Source of the DNA: a virus
Taxonomy: Duplodnaviria > Caudoviricetes
IMG/VR virus record: IMGVR_UViG_2562617114_000001
Location: 1-64,000 of that record
Reading direction: 5' to 3' (one strand)
DNA: 64,000 nt
The notes beneath the pieces are model-generated. The model made no database searches. It was given only the letters and a program-made list of their open reading frames with translations, and was not told where the DNA came from. A program made the position numbers and the translations under genes. This document shows, in pieces, positions 52,388 through 62,187 of this stretch; position 1 is the first letter of the stretch, and the number at the start of each line of letters is the position of its first letter.

Positions 52388-53505
52388 TGACTTCTTTGCT
52401 CCCCCTCAATACAGGATTGTTTGAGGGGGCGCAGGAGAAGGCCCTCCTGCCGAGGTGGCCCCTTTTGGAGGTTGGAGCAGATGCAATTGCTTCCGCAAAG
52501 AGAGCCCCTCCGCCTTCCGTCCTGCCATACCTTGTCTACGAATATGGGCTTGGTGAGCTGACGCCCTACGTGCCGAACCTCTACACGCTTGTCGTCGACC
52601 GAGAAGGCGTGAATTGGCAGCGCATTCGCGGAACACCGGCGGCCGTCAATAAGGGCCTTGGTTGGCTTGGTTACTCCGCCACGATGGAGGATGCTTGGCA
52701 CGGCCGTGCCTATTGGAATAGCACCCAACTGCGGTTCCCCGAACTGCCCGCTAACGACAACCTGGATCTGGAGCGGATCGAAGGGATCACTCGCCTTTCT
52801 ATGCCGCTGCGTTCTCGGCTCCGCCGTGGCGTCCATCAATATGATGTTGGCGCGGTCGAGGCGGACGGAAGCCGGCTCGACGCCAGCATTCTCGATCGGG
52901 AGAGTGGCGTTGCCGTTACGGCCACCGGCACGCTCTGGTCGTTCGGTCGCACCACCGAGATCGATCATCTTCTGACGGAGGCCGAAGGCACCGCGATCGG
53001 CAATTGGATACCCGAACCAGCGGAAGGTGGGCTGAAATGGGTGGACATGCAATACCCGTGGGTGACCGCGAACTTCTTGTGGGCCGATAACCCGGCTGTA
53101 CAACGCCGAACACTGATGGCCGCCTGGTTCGCCGCGCGCGTTCTTTACGTCACGTTCCGCGACCAGAGCGGAGACGTCATCGGCCATCGACGTTGCCGTG
53201 CTGATCATCCCGTTCGCGAGCAGGTCGAGGGCGCCTACCTAGTCGGCGGCGTGCGCTATCAGCCGCAACCGGGCGCCGCGCGTGTTTACCTCGAAGCGAT
53301 GACAGATTTCGAGGACGCATTCGACGTCGAAGCGAAGGCCGTCGAACTGACGGTTGGCGCTACCCTGGCGCCTGGCATCAAGCCCGGCCGGCTCTGGCTG
53401 CAGCCGGGCGAGCTACTCGGCGGTCACGCGATCGCCGTCACGTCCATTTCCCTGCCGCTGCGCAAGACGGTGCGCGAGCAGATCAAAATCCTCATGAGGT
53501 TCTAA
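52387..53505 (+). CDS. Tail protein I (P2 gpI-like)
   Basis: SLLPLN, LPYLVYEYGL, RIRGTPAAV. Confidence 0.85.
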   Translation: MTSLLPLNTGLFEGAQEKALLPRWPLLEVGADAIASAKRAPPPSVLPYLVYEYGLGELTPYVPNLYTLVVDREGVNWQRIRGTPAAVNKGLGWLGYSATMEDAWHGRAYWNSTQLRFPELPANDNLDLERIEGITRLSMPLRSRLRRGVHQYDVGAVEADGSRLDASILDRESGVAVTATGTLWSFGRTTEIDHLLTEAEGTAIGNWIPEPAEGGLKWVDMQYPWVTANFLWADNPAVQRRTLMAAWFAARVLYVTFRDQSGDVIGHRRCRADHPVREQVEGAYLVGGVRYQPQPGAARVYLEAMTDFEDAFDVEAKAVELTVGATLAPGIKPGRLWLQPGELLGGHAIAVTSISLPLRKTVREQIKILMRF

Positions 53506-56500
53506 TGTACGAGCACGCTAGCGGCTTGCCCCACGCCTATGACCGCGCCGCAGGAAAGCCTGAACAGCAGAGCGTCGTTTTTTATGGCGATCGCCCGTTC
53601 ATTCAGGGCGCCGAGTTGGTCGAGCTTCAGACGATCATCCGTGGTCGCCATGATCGGCTCGGCCGCCTGGTCGCCCGTGAGGGCAACCGGATCGCCCGCG
53701 CCGACGCCATCGTCGATATCGAAATTGGGGCCATCACCCTTGCCTCCGGCAGTATCTATGTCTCCGGCGACGTCTTCCCAGTGGGCGAAGCCGTTCTGGA
53801 AGACGTGCCAATGACCGGCCGCGTCGAAATCGGCGTTCGTCTGGTCCGCTCTTACGTGACGCACGAGGATGATCCCAGCCTCGTCGGCCTGGTTCCCGGC
53901 TCTCTTGCCGAGGGCGAGCCAGGTGCTGCGCGCGAAATCGCCAGCATCTCCTGGGCTCTTGAAGGCGACGACGGTGAAGGGGCCTTCTATTCCGTCTACA
54001 CCCTGCTCGACGGAACTATCCTCGACCAGACCGGCCCGTCCATTCTGGAGCCGGCCCTTCAGGCAATCGCCGCCTATGATCGCCCTAACGGCAATTACAT
54101 CGTGTCGGGTTGCCGCGTGACGGCGATCAGCGCCGCCGGCGGCAATCAGATCTTCTCGATCGAGCAGGGCGAAGCTAACATCAACGGCTACAAGCGCACC
54201 CGTCTTGCGGCCCTACGGCACACTCAGCCCATTGCTTGGGAAGAGGTTGCCATTCCCGGCGAAACCAAAACCTATGGCGGCGGGGCGAGTTACACGTTCG
54301 CGGTCGATTTCGCGCCGATCGGCGTCATTAACTCGATCCTTCTGACAAAGGAAAAGACTGTCACGCTAACGCGGGGCGCGATCGCCAATGGCTCTGACGG
54401 TTTGCCAGACAGTAGTGTGATTTCGGTCTCGTCCGTCGTCCAGGGCGGCACGACCTACGTCGCGGCCACCAGCTACAATCTTGTCGGCAACGCGATCGAT
54501 TGGGCGCCTGCCGGCGCGGAGCCGGCAATCGGCTCGACGTATAACGTTACCTATCGGTACCGTGCTGCCGTCGCGCCCACGGCAAGCACCGACACGACAA
54601 TCACCGTTTCGGGCGGTGTGGCAGGCGGCGACATCATCACTGCCTACACGCAAAAGCTACCGCGCATCGATCGCCTCTGCCTCGGCCAGGACGGTTCGCC
54701 GATCTACATCAAGGGGCTGCCGGCGCGTAGCAATCCGATGGCGCCGGGGGTGCCGAGTGAAATCCTGCCGCTTTGCCAGATCTTCAATGACTGGATGTCA
54801 CTGCCCGTCGTCACCAATGACGGGGTGCGCTCCCTGCCGTATTCGGAGATGTGGCGGTATTTCAACCGGGTGATCGATTATGAGCGGCTGTTCCAGCTGG
54901 AGCGCCTTCGCAACAACATCGACTTTCGGGAGCCGGTCGCCAAGAAGGGGATCTTCGTCGATCCCTTCCTCGACGACAGCTATCGCGATGCGGGCGAGGC
55001 GCAGACCGGTGCGATTGGCAATGGCATGCTCCAGCTCGCCATCACGCCGACGTTCTTCACCGGGACGCTCACTGCGCCGGTCATGCTGGATTGGGTTGAG
55101 GAAGTCCTGGTCACACAGGACCTGAAGACGGGTTGCGAAAAGATCAACCCCTACCAGAACTTCAATCCGCTGCCCGGCTCACTCCGCCTCACACCGGCTG
55201 TCGACTTCTGGACCGAGGATAGAACCGACTGGCTCTCTGCGCAGACCATCGAGTTCAACCGTGGCACTCGCTTCGACGGTGGCCCGCTGCAGACGACAGA
55301 CACGGAAACCCAGCTCGTCGACCATCGCGTCGAGCAGCTGGAATTCCTTCGGCAGATCCCGGTGGCTTTCACCATCAGCGGCTTTGGCCCAGGCGAAATC
55401 CTCCAGACGCTGACCTTCGACGCCATCAACGTCAAGCCGGCGGGAACACAGACTGCCAATGGTTCCGGACAGATCACCGGCACGTTCAACATTCCGCTGA
55501 ACGTCACCGCTGGCACGAAGATCGTTGCCGCCAAGGGCGTCGGCGGGACGGAAGCCAACGCGATGTTTACCGGACAAGGCACCATCGAGATCGACACCAT
55601 GCGGCGGGTGACAACGGTCCAAAACTGGACAGCACCTCAGCTGGTTCAATGGGTTCGAGATACCGGAAATAACGGCTGGGACAATAACACCTCCGATGGC
55701 ACCGGAAGTGCGCCGGATCCGCAAGCTCAGATGTTCGCGGTACCGGAGATGCGCCAACTGGTGGGCGTCGATTTCCATATCTGCCATGTCGGCAACCAGG
55801 CGAACCATCTGCTCGTGGACCAGGTATCGATCAACAACGGATACCCGACGACGAACATTGCCGCCGAGGTAGTCGTGCCGATGACAGGTGCCGTCGCCGG
55901 CTGGAAGGAGGCGCGCTACAATCTGCCGCTGACCACGCCGGCTGATCGGGCGCATGCGTTCGTCATCAAGACCGATGATGCCGACCATTCCGTCTCGTTC
56001 GCCAAGCTCGGCGGCTTTGATGAGACCTTGCAGAAGTTCGTGACCTCGCACCCTTATGTGACGGGGCCGCGTTTCTCCTCGGTCAACGCCCAGACATGGA
56101 CGGCGCATCAGGATGAGGCACTCGCCTTCAGGATCGTCGCCGCGAAATACCTGGTGACCACGAAAACGGTTCCCCTGGGTAGCTTCGCGCTCAATCAGGC
56201 CTCTGATCTTCAGGTCCGAGCCGCTATCGAGCTTCCCGGTCCCGGATGCTCGGTCGTGTTCGAGATCGAGCGCACCAACGGCACGATTTACCGCCTCTTG
56301 CCGTTCCAGGTGCTGCAGCTCACTGAGTTCATCACCGAGACGGTGCAGCTGCGCGCCATCCTGACCGGAACAGAAAAGCTTTCCCCGGTGCTATTCGCTC
56401 CGGTGCAGCTGGTTGCCGGCAAGATCGGCACGACGCTGACCTACATCACCCGCGCCTTCACGCTGGGGACGGCTGTCCGGTTGACCAGCTACCTGAAGGC

Positions 56501-56726
56501 GTTCCTGCCGGGCGGCGCCTCGGTCGCCATGCACTATTCCAAGGATGGCGGAGCCTGGACGAGTCTTCCGTTTGTCAGCGCCGACGCCTTGGCGTTCCCG
56601 CTGTGGACGGAGCGCAAACATGAGGTGACGGGCCAGACCGGCACTCTGGTTCGCCTTCGCATCACCGGGACCGGAGGACCGGCCGCCCGGCTCATAATCG
56701 GCGATCTTGGCGCCGGCATCTTCTGA
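53505..56726 (+). CDS. Large baseplate/tail protein (DUF4815-like)
   Basis: QGAELVELQ, GIFVDPFLDDS, INPYQ; 1073 aa. Confidence 0.8.
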   Translation: MYEHASGLPHAYDRAAGKPEQQSVVFYGDRPFIQGAELVELQTIIRGRHDRLGRLVAREGNRIARADAIVDIEIGAITLASGSIYVSGDVFPVGEAVLEDVPMTGRVEIGVRLVRSYVTHEDDPSLVGLVPGSLAEGEPGAAREIASISWALEGDDGEGAFYSVYTLLDGTILDQTGPSILEPALQAIAAYDRPNGNYIVSGCRVTAISAAGGNQIFSIEQGEANINGYKRTRLAALRHTQPIAWEEVAIPGETKTYGGGASYTFAVDFAPIGVINSILLTKEKTVTLTRGAIANGSDGLPDSSVISVSSVVQGGTTYVAATSYNLVGNAIDWAPAGAEPAIGSTYNVTYRYRAAVAPTASTDTTITVSGGVAGGDIITAYTQKLPRIDRLCLGQDGSPIYIKGLPARSNPMAPGVPSEILPLCQIFNDWMSLPVVTNDGVRSLPYSEMWRYFNRVIDYERLFQLERLRNNIDFREPVAKKGIFVDPFLDDSYRDAGEAQTGAIGNGMLQLAITPTFFTGTLTAPVMLDWVEEVLVTQDLKTGCEKINPYQNFNPLPGSLRLTPAVDFWTEDRTDWLSAQTIEFNRGTRFDGGPLQTTDTETQLVDHRVEQLEFLRQIPVAFTISGFGPGEILQTLTFDAINVKPAGTQTANGSGQITGTFNIPLNVTAGTKIVAAKGVGGTEANAMFTGQGTIEIDTMRRVTTVQNWTAPQLVQWVRDTGNNGWDNNTSDGTGSAPDPQAQMFAVPEMRQLVGVDFHICHVGNQANHLLVDQVSINNGYPTTNIAAEVVVPMTGAVAGWKEARYNLPLTTPADRAHAFVIKTDDADHSVSFAKLGGFDETLQKFVTSHPYVTGPRFSSVNAQTWTAHQDEALAFRIVAAKYLVTTKTVPLGSFALNQASDLQVRAAIELPGPGCSVVFEIERTNGTIYRLLPFQVLQLTEFITETVQLRAILTGTEKLSPVLFAPVQLVAGKIGTTLTYITRAFTLGTAVRLTSYLKAFLPGGASVAMHYSKDGGAWTSLPFVSADALAFPLWTERKHEVTGQTGTLVRLRITGTGGPAARLIIGDLGAGIF

Positions 56727-56734
56727 GGATCGAT

Positions 56735-57799
56735 ATGGCAGTCACCGAACACTACGCTATCCCGCTTCCCGACCCGGCCGCCGAGGTTGATGAGGAATTC
56801 TATCGCCTGCAGCAGGCGTGGGCGGTCGTCGATGCCGCTATTTGGGCTCTGGCTAATGTCGTCGCCAACAAGGCCAATGCCAGCCACGGACATGGGATAG
56901 CTGATATCTCCGGTCTGGTGACGGCGCTTGCCGGAAAGATGGCCGCCACGCAGACGTTCGCGCTCGACGACCTGACCGACGTTAACGGCGCTACGGGCGC
57001 GGCAACCAATTACCTTCTGGTCAAGAACGCCAGCGGGCAATGGGTTCCATCTTCGGCTATCGCCGCGCTCGGTACCCATCAACACGCGACGGCCGACATC
57101 GTCGGCCTGACTGCCGCGATCAATGCCGCTGTCGCCGCCGTGGTCGCGGCGGCGCCGACGACACTCGACACACTCAACGAGCTGGCGGCCGCGATCGGTG
57201 ACGATCCGAATTTCGCGGCGACGATAGCCGCGCAGATCGGTTTAAAGGCACCAACCGCGAGCCCGACCTTCACAGGGACGCCGGCAGGCCCTACCGCCGC
57301 CGCTGGAACGAACACGACGCAACTGGCAACGACAGCTTTTGTTGCCGCGCTCGGCGCTCTGAAGGCTAATCTGGCATCACCAACATTCACAGGGACGCCA
57401 GCTGCACCAACTGCCGCGGCCGGCACTAACACGACGCAGCTGGCGACGACGGCATTCGTCGACAATGCGCTAAGTAAGACGGTCGTCAAACGAAGCGGGC
57501 AACTTACACCTTCCCTCGGCGGCACCCTCACTTACGCTCACGGCCTCAGCTACACCCCCGATGAGTATTGGGCGGAGTTGGAATGCATCGCGACTGACAA
57601 TGGCTGGGCCGCTAGCAACGTAATCAGAGCGCATGTCGACGACAACGGCGGCGGCTACGGTATCGAAGTATTTCGTGACGGCACGAGTGTGTATGGCATC
57701 GTCGGTGCAAATGGTATCGGCGTTCATCATAATAAAACGACTGGTGCTGCTTTTGTCCCAACAGTAGCAAGCTGGAGAGTGCGTCTATGTACACGCTGA
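56735..57799 (+). CDS. Tail fibre protein
   Basis: H.H.IADI.GL repeats, TLDTLNELAAAIGDDPNFA, SPTFTGTP repeats. Confidence 0.88.
   Translation: MAVTEHYAIPLPDPAAEVDEEFYRLQQAWAVVDAAIWALANVVANKANASHGHGIADISGLVTALAGKMAATQTFALDDLTDVNGATGAATNYLLVKNASGQWVPSSAIAALGTHQHATADIVGLTAAINAAVAAVVAAAPTTLDTLNELAAAIGDDPNFAATIAAQIGLKAPTASPTFTGTPAGPTAAAGTNTTQLATTAFVAALGALKANLASPTFTGTPAAPTAAAGTNTTQLATTAFVDNALSKTVVKRSGQLTPSLGGTLTYAHGLSYTPDEYWAELECIATDNGWAASNVIRAHVDDNGGGYGIEVFRDGTSVYGIVGANGIGVHHNKTTGAAFVPTVASWRVRLCTR
57257..57460 (+). repeat. Two imperfect 87-nt repeats in tail fibre
   Basis: ASPTFTGTPAxPTAAAGTNTTQLATTAFV at 57257-57343 and 57374-57460. Confidence 0.9.
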
Positions 57800-58422
57800 G
57801 TGAAAGGTTCTATCGGGATACAGAGGGGCGTTTTCTTGGCTCCTTCATTGGCGATTGGGTCAAGCAACCGACGCAGTCGGAGCCGCCACCAGATCCGTTG
57901 CCGGAAGGATGGGAGCCGCCAGACGAGGTATACGTCGAGGTTTGGCCGGATATTCCTGCCGGGGCTGTCGAGGTGTCACTAGCCCCCGAGCGAGCCGGTC
58001 AAATCTACGACCAAGTGGCATCAGTATGGATGGATCCGCCGGTCACCGCCGCAGAAGTGGACGCCGAGCGTGATCGGCGGATCGGGGCGGGTTTCACCTT
58101 CGAAGGCGTTTTGTATCAGTCGGACAAAGAGGCGCGCGAAAACATCATGGGGGCGCACAAGGCGGCCTCGGATGCGATGATGCTGTTTGGTGCTCAATCC
58201 GGAGATCTTGCTTGGCGCCTGCTTCTTGACCCCGCAGGACCGGAAGTGTTCGAGTGGATCGCTTCGGACAATTCCCGCGTACCGATGGATGCACCTACCG
58301 TGCTTCGCTTCGGCTATGCCGCCCTGTCCCACAAGGCGAGCCATATCTTCGCTGCGAGCGATCTAAAGAGCATGGACCCGGTACCGGTCGACTTCGCCAC
58401 TAATCCGGTTTACTGGCCGTAA
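57787..58422 (+). CDS. Tail fibre assembly-like protein (DUF4376-like)
   Basis: EVDAERDRRIGAGFTFEGVLYQSD..W.ASDNS.VPM. Confidence 0.75.
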   Translation: MYTLSERFYRDTEGRFLGSFIGDWVKQPTQSEPPPDPLPEGWEPPDEVYVEVWPDIPAGAVEVSLAPERAGQIYDQVASVWMDPPVTAAEVDAERDRRIGAGFTFEGVLYQSDKEARENIMGAHKAASDAMMLFGAQSGDLAWRLLLDPAGPEVFEWIASDNSRVPMDAPTVLRFGYAALSHKASHIFAASDLKSMDPVPVDFATNPVYWP

Positions 58423-58551
58423 GCCCGCGCATGCTAGCCGCGGCGAAGCTCTAGGCCGACTCCCTTGCCGTCCACCAACGTACAGCCAGGACTGGACGAC
58501 ATCTATCTCGTCATGCTTTTAGTGCTTCCCAAGCGTAAACGAGAGACCGCC

Positions 58552-59364
58552 ATGAGCCTTAGATCGACCATCCTCAACGCCGTCATAAAAGACAGCATGA
58601 TGATTACGGATTGCGCCTCTAAAGAGGACATCATGAAAGTCATCAGCCTGTTGACGCCGGTCCCGATTGGGGTCGAGCTTATTCGTATCGGCAGTGAGGG
58701 AGATGGGGGCTATTTGATTCCGGATGATATGGACGGGATCGAGTATTGTTTCTCGCCGGGGGTTTCGGAGGTTGCGGACTTCGAAGGGGATCTCGCCTCT
58801 AGGTTCGGGATTAAGTCTTTTCTCGCCGATGCCAGCGTCGAGGCTCCTCCGTCTCCTAATGGAATGTTTGATTTCGAGAAAAAATTCCTCGGGGCGACGG
58901 ATGGAGGGGATTTCATCCGATTGTCAACCTGGATTAACGAGAAGCTAGGCCCCGGTGAGAGGTCTGACATGATCTTGCAGATGGATATCGAAGGCGCGGA
59001 ATTTGACGTCCTTATCGAGACTTCCATCGAAACATTGAGGCGCTTCCGGGTGATGGTCATCGAGTTTCATGAGCTCGACATGCTTCTCACCAAGAAGGCG
59101 TGCCGCTTTCTAACGCCGATTTTCGAGAAGTTGGCGGCGGAGTTTGTCGTGGCTCATATCCACCCTAACAACTATCGAGCCCCGAGCTCAGCTTACGGTA
59201 TCAAGGTGCCGCGAATTCTAGAAGTGACATTTCTTCGTAAGGACAGGATCAAGGAGGACCGCGCAGTGGAATGCTTGTCATTCCCGCATAAACTGGACCG
59301 AAAGAACGTGCCCTCTGCGCCCGATGTCATTTTGCCGGAGATGTGGTGGAAGCCGCAGGCGTAG
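58552..59364 (+). CDS. FkbM-like SAM-dependent methyltransferase (moron)
   Basis: RIGSEGDGGY, FSPGV, ILQMDIEGAE, IEFH, HIHPNN; lower GC than neighbours. Confidence 0.82.
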   Translation: MSLRSTILNAVIKDSMMITDCASKEDIMKVISLLTPVPIGVELIRIGSEGDGGYLIPDDMDGIEYCFSPGVSEVADFEGDLASRFGIKSFLADASVEAPPSPNGMFDFEKKFLGATDGGDFIRLSTWINEKLGPGERSDMILQMDIEGAEFDVLIETSIETLRRFRVMVIEFHELDMLLTKKACRFLTPIFEKLAAEFVVAHIHPNNYRAPSSAYGIKVPRILEVTFLRKDRIKEDRAVECLSFPHKLDRKNVPSAPDVILPEMWWKPQA

Positions 59365-59496
59365 GCCTGCAACAATGGTGAATCCGCCGGCCGCCAACGG
59401 ACCCGATTCCGGCTGACGTCACCACAGATCCTGTCTACTGGCCGACGTGACGTAGACTGCGTCAAGGGGCTGCTGCCGGACATTTAGACTCAACCG

Positions 59497-59525
59497 AACC
59501 CGCCCTTTGAGGCGGGTTTTTCTTT
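59497..59525 (+). terminator. Intrinsic terminator after moron
   Basis: AACCCGCC-CTTTGA-GGCGGGTT-TTTCTTT. Confidence 0.85.
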
Positions 59526-59572
59526 GCCCGCCATCCGGTGCGGGAAAACAAAACCAATAAGGAATAAGCGCG

Positions 59573-61045
59573 ATGGCCGACATTTACCTTCACGGCGTGG
59601 AAACTACTGAAAATACCAATGGCCCGCGGCCTGTCGAGACGATCGACACCGGCGTGATCGGCCTCATCGGCACTGCCCCGGATGCGGAAGCTGGACTCTG
59701 GCCGGTTAATACTGTGGTGCCAATTTATGGCGCTGGCGGTGCGGTCCAGGGCCTCGGTGCCAACGGCACGTTAAAAGATGCGATTGAGGGCATCTTCGAT
59801 CAGGCTGGTCGGGTCTCCCATACGATTCTCGTTGTTCGCGTGACGGAGGGCGCCAATATCAAGGAGACGATGACGAATATCATCGGCAGCTCCACGCAAT
59901 TCACCGGCGTGCACGCGCTCCGCAAGTCACCCGGTGAGCACGGTCTTACCCCAAAGCTTCTTATTGCCCCCGGCTTCACCTCGAGTCGCCCGACCGATGG
60001 CATCTCGGCGATAGCCAAATCGACGGACGGGGTAGGGTACACCTCCGCGCCTACGGTGGCGATATCAGGCGGAGGCGGGACTGGCGCAACTGCCGTCGCA
60101 ACGATCAACAGCGTTACCGGAAAGCTCGATGAAATCGTCATCACCAACCCGGGGTTCGGTTATACCACCGTCCCGACGGTCACGCTTTCCGGCGGCGGTG
60201 CAACGACCCAGGCCACGGCAACGGCGACGGTCGGCACGGTCGCCAACCCCGTCACGATGGAGTTGCTGACGCTGGCTAACCGGTTCCGCGCAGGCGTGAT
60301 CAAGGATGCGCCGGCTACCACGACCTCGGCCGCGATTTCGGACCGTCTGGACTACGACACCGATCGTCTTCTGATAGTCGAGCCGATGGCGAAGATCTTT
60401 AAGGATGCGGCGGTGGTGCAGGAGCCGGCTTCCGCTCGTGTCGCGGGCCTTCAGGCTAGGGTGGATTATAGCGAGGGATTTTGGGTCTCGCCGTCCAACC
60501 ATGTGATCGAAGGCATCGTCGGCGTGTCTCGCCCGATCGAGCATTCCATCACCGACCCGTCGGCCGAGTCTCAGCTGCTCAACAAGAACGCGATCGCCTG
60601 CATCGTGCGTGCCCCGAGCGGCGGCTTCAAGCTTTGGGGCTCTCGCGTGCCGTCGTCGGACTCGCTCAAGTCCTTCTGGTCGGTCCGGCGGGCCCACGAC
60701 ACGATTATCGACTCGATCGAGCGGGCTGCAGAGCCTTTCATCGACCGACCGTTCAGTGTCCAGGTGCTCGTCGACATCGCTGAGACCGTAAACAGCGCGC
60801 TTCGTCGCTGGAAAGCTTTGGGCGCTACCCTGGGCGGCCGCGTCTGGCTCGACACCACGCTCAACACCAAAGAGACGTGGGCGAACGGGCAGCTGTTCAT
60901 CAGCTACGACGGTGAGGCGCCGGCTCCGATCGAGCATATCACCTTCATCTTCAACCGGAACACCGGCTACTACGAGGAGCTCGGCTCCAGTGCCGTCCGC
61001 GAGATCGCCCGCATGGCTGGTACGGCTATCCCTGCCAACGCCTGA
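59573..61045 (+). CDS. Contractile tail sheath protein
   Basis: YLHGVET, PKLLIAPGF, GFWVSPSN, FWSVRR. Confidence 0.95.
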   Translation: MADIYLHGVETTENTNGPRPVETIDTGVIGLIGTAPDAEAGLWPVNTVVPIYGAGGAVQGLGANGTLKDAIEGIFDQAGRVSHTILVVRVTEGANIKETMTNIIGSSTQFTGVHALRKSPGEHGLTPKLLIAPGFTSSRPTDGISAIAKSTDGVGYTSAPTVAISGGGGTGATAVATINSVTGKLDEIVITNPGFGYTTVPTVTLSGGGATTQATATATVGTVANPVTMELLTLANRFRAGVIKDAPATTTSAAISDRLDYDTDRLLIVEPMAKIFKDAAVVQEPASARVAGLQARVDYSEGFWVSPSNHVIEGIVGVSRPIEHSITDPSAESQLLNKNAIACIVRAPSGGFKLWGSRVPSSDSLKSFWSVRRAHDTIIDSIERAAEPFIDRPFSVQVLVDIAETVNSALRRWKALGATLGGRVWLDTTLNTKETWANGQLFISYDGEAPAPIEHITFIFNRNTGYYEELGSSAVREIARMAGTAIPANA

Positions 61046-61075
61046 TCACAACCGCACGCATAAGGAGATCGAACC

Positions 61076-61585
61076 ATGCGGCATATTCTGCAGGGCTTCA
61101 CCATGTTCATGGATGGGCTCGACTTCGGCATCGACACGGAGGAAGTGGAGCTCCCGCTCCCGACCCCGGTCACCCAGGAATACAGGGGAGGCGGCCAGGA
61201 TTTGGGCATCACGCTTCCCATGTCTGCGATCGAGGCCATCCAGATCACCGTCAAGATGGCGGGCCACAACCCCGACATCATGGCGGTCATGGCGCAGGCG
61301 CCGGGCGTCACCCGTCGCGTTACCTTCCGCGGCGGTGTGATGCGGGAGCAGGACGGTGGGATTGCCGCTCACGTCTGCATAGTCGAAGGCGCCATCAATG
61401 GCAGCTCTCGCGACCGCTGGCAGCGCGGTGAGAAGTCAGGCGTCGAGTTCGTCATGAACGGTGTCAAGTATTTCCGCTACGAGGCCGACACCCGCATCAT
61501 CCATGAGCTTCAGGTCTGGCCTCCGGTCCGGATGATCAACGGCGTCAACCAGCTCGCCGCTCTTAACCAGGCGCTCGGCTATTAA
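61076..61585 (+). CDS. Major tail tube protein (P2 FII-like)
   Basis: ELPLP..TQEYRGGG; RMINGVNQLAALNQALG. Confidence 0.92.
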   Translation: MRHILQGFTMFMDGLDFGIDTEEVELPLPTPVTQEYRGGGQDLGITLPMSAIEAIQITVKMAGHNPDIMAVMAQAPGVTRRVTFRGGVMREQDGGIAAHVCIVEGAINGSSRDRWQRGEKSGVEFVMNGVKYFRYEADTRIIHELQVWPPVRMINGVNQLAALNQALGY

Positions 61586-61614
61586 GTCGAGCCCCCAACC
61601 TACAGGAGAGTGAC

Positions 61615-62082
61615 GTGGTGGATCAGGTCACAAGGGCAATGTCGCAGCAGGAAATGGATCGCGTCCTGGAGCGCAAGGCAAAAGAAGTGGTGGTGGGCGC
61701 AGTTGCCAGCATGGCGCCCCCCGTATTCGTCGAGGGCGCCGTGAGACACATCTCCGTGCCACTCGATTATCCGGTCACCTTTAACGGCGGGACCATCAGC
61801 GAGGTAGTCATTCGACGGCCGACCATGAGGGAGTGGCGCGCATACCTTCGGGAATGTGTTGACGCGGTGAAAGAAAGAGGTCCGGGCGCTGACGACGATG
61901 TCGACCAAGTCTGGCTCAGCGTACCAGCCGTCGTTCTGGAGAACCTCGATTTCATCGATGCTTCGCGTGTGGAGAGCGCGCAAGAAGGTTTTTTCGAACG
62001 CACAAAGTCGTCTCCAGAGACGGAGACGGCGGATTCGTCGTCCAGCACATCCGACACTGGAGAACCTTCGCCTTCGTCGTGA
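61615..62082 (+). CDS. Tail assembly chaperone; -1 frameshift product extends to 62180
   Basis: IRRPTMRE..LDFID; slippery T TTT TTC at 61989-61995. Confidence 0.8.
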   Translation: MVDQVTRAMSQQEMDRVLERKAKEVVVGAVASMAPPVFVEGAVRHISVPLDYPVTFNGGTISEVVIRRPTMREWRAYLRECVDAVKERGPGADDDVDQVWLSVPAVVLENLDFIDASRVESAQEGFFERTKSSPETETADSSSSTSDTGEPSPSS

Positions 62083-62187
62083 TGAGGGAGAGCCAGGGCG
62101 GCGTGAGTATGGAAACCATTTTGGACGGCACCTTCCCGGATCTCATCGATCTGTGGGAGGAAGCCGTCTATATTCGATAGGTGAACA

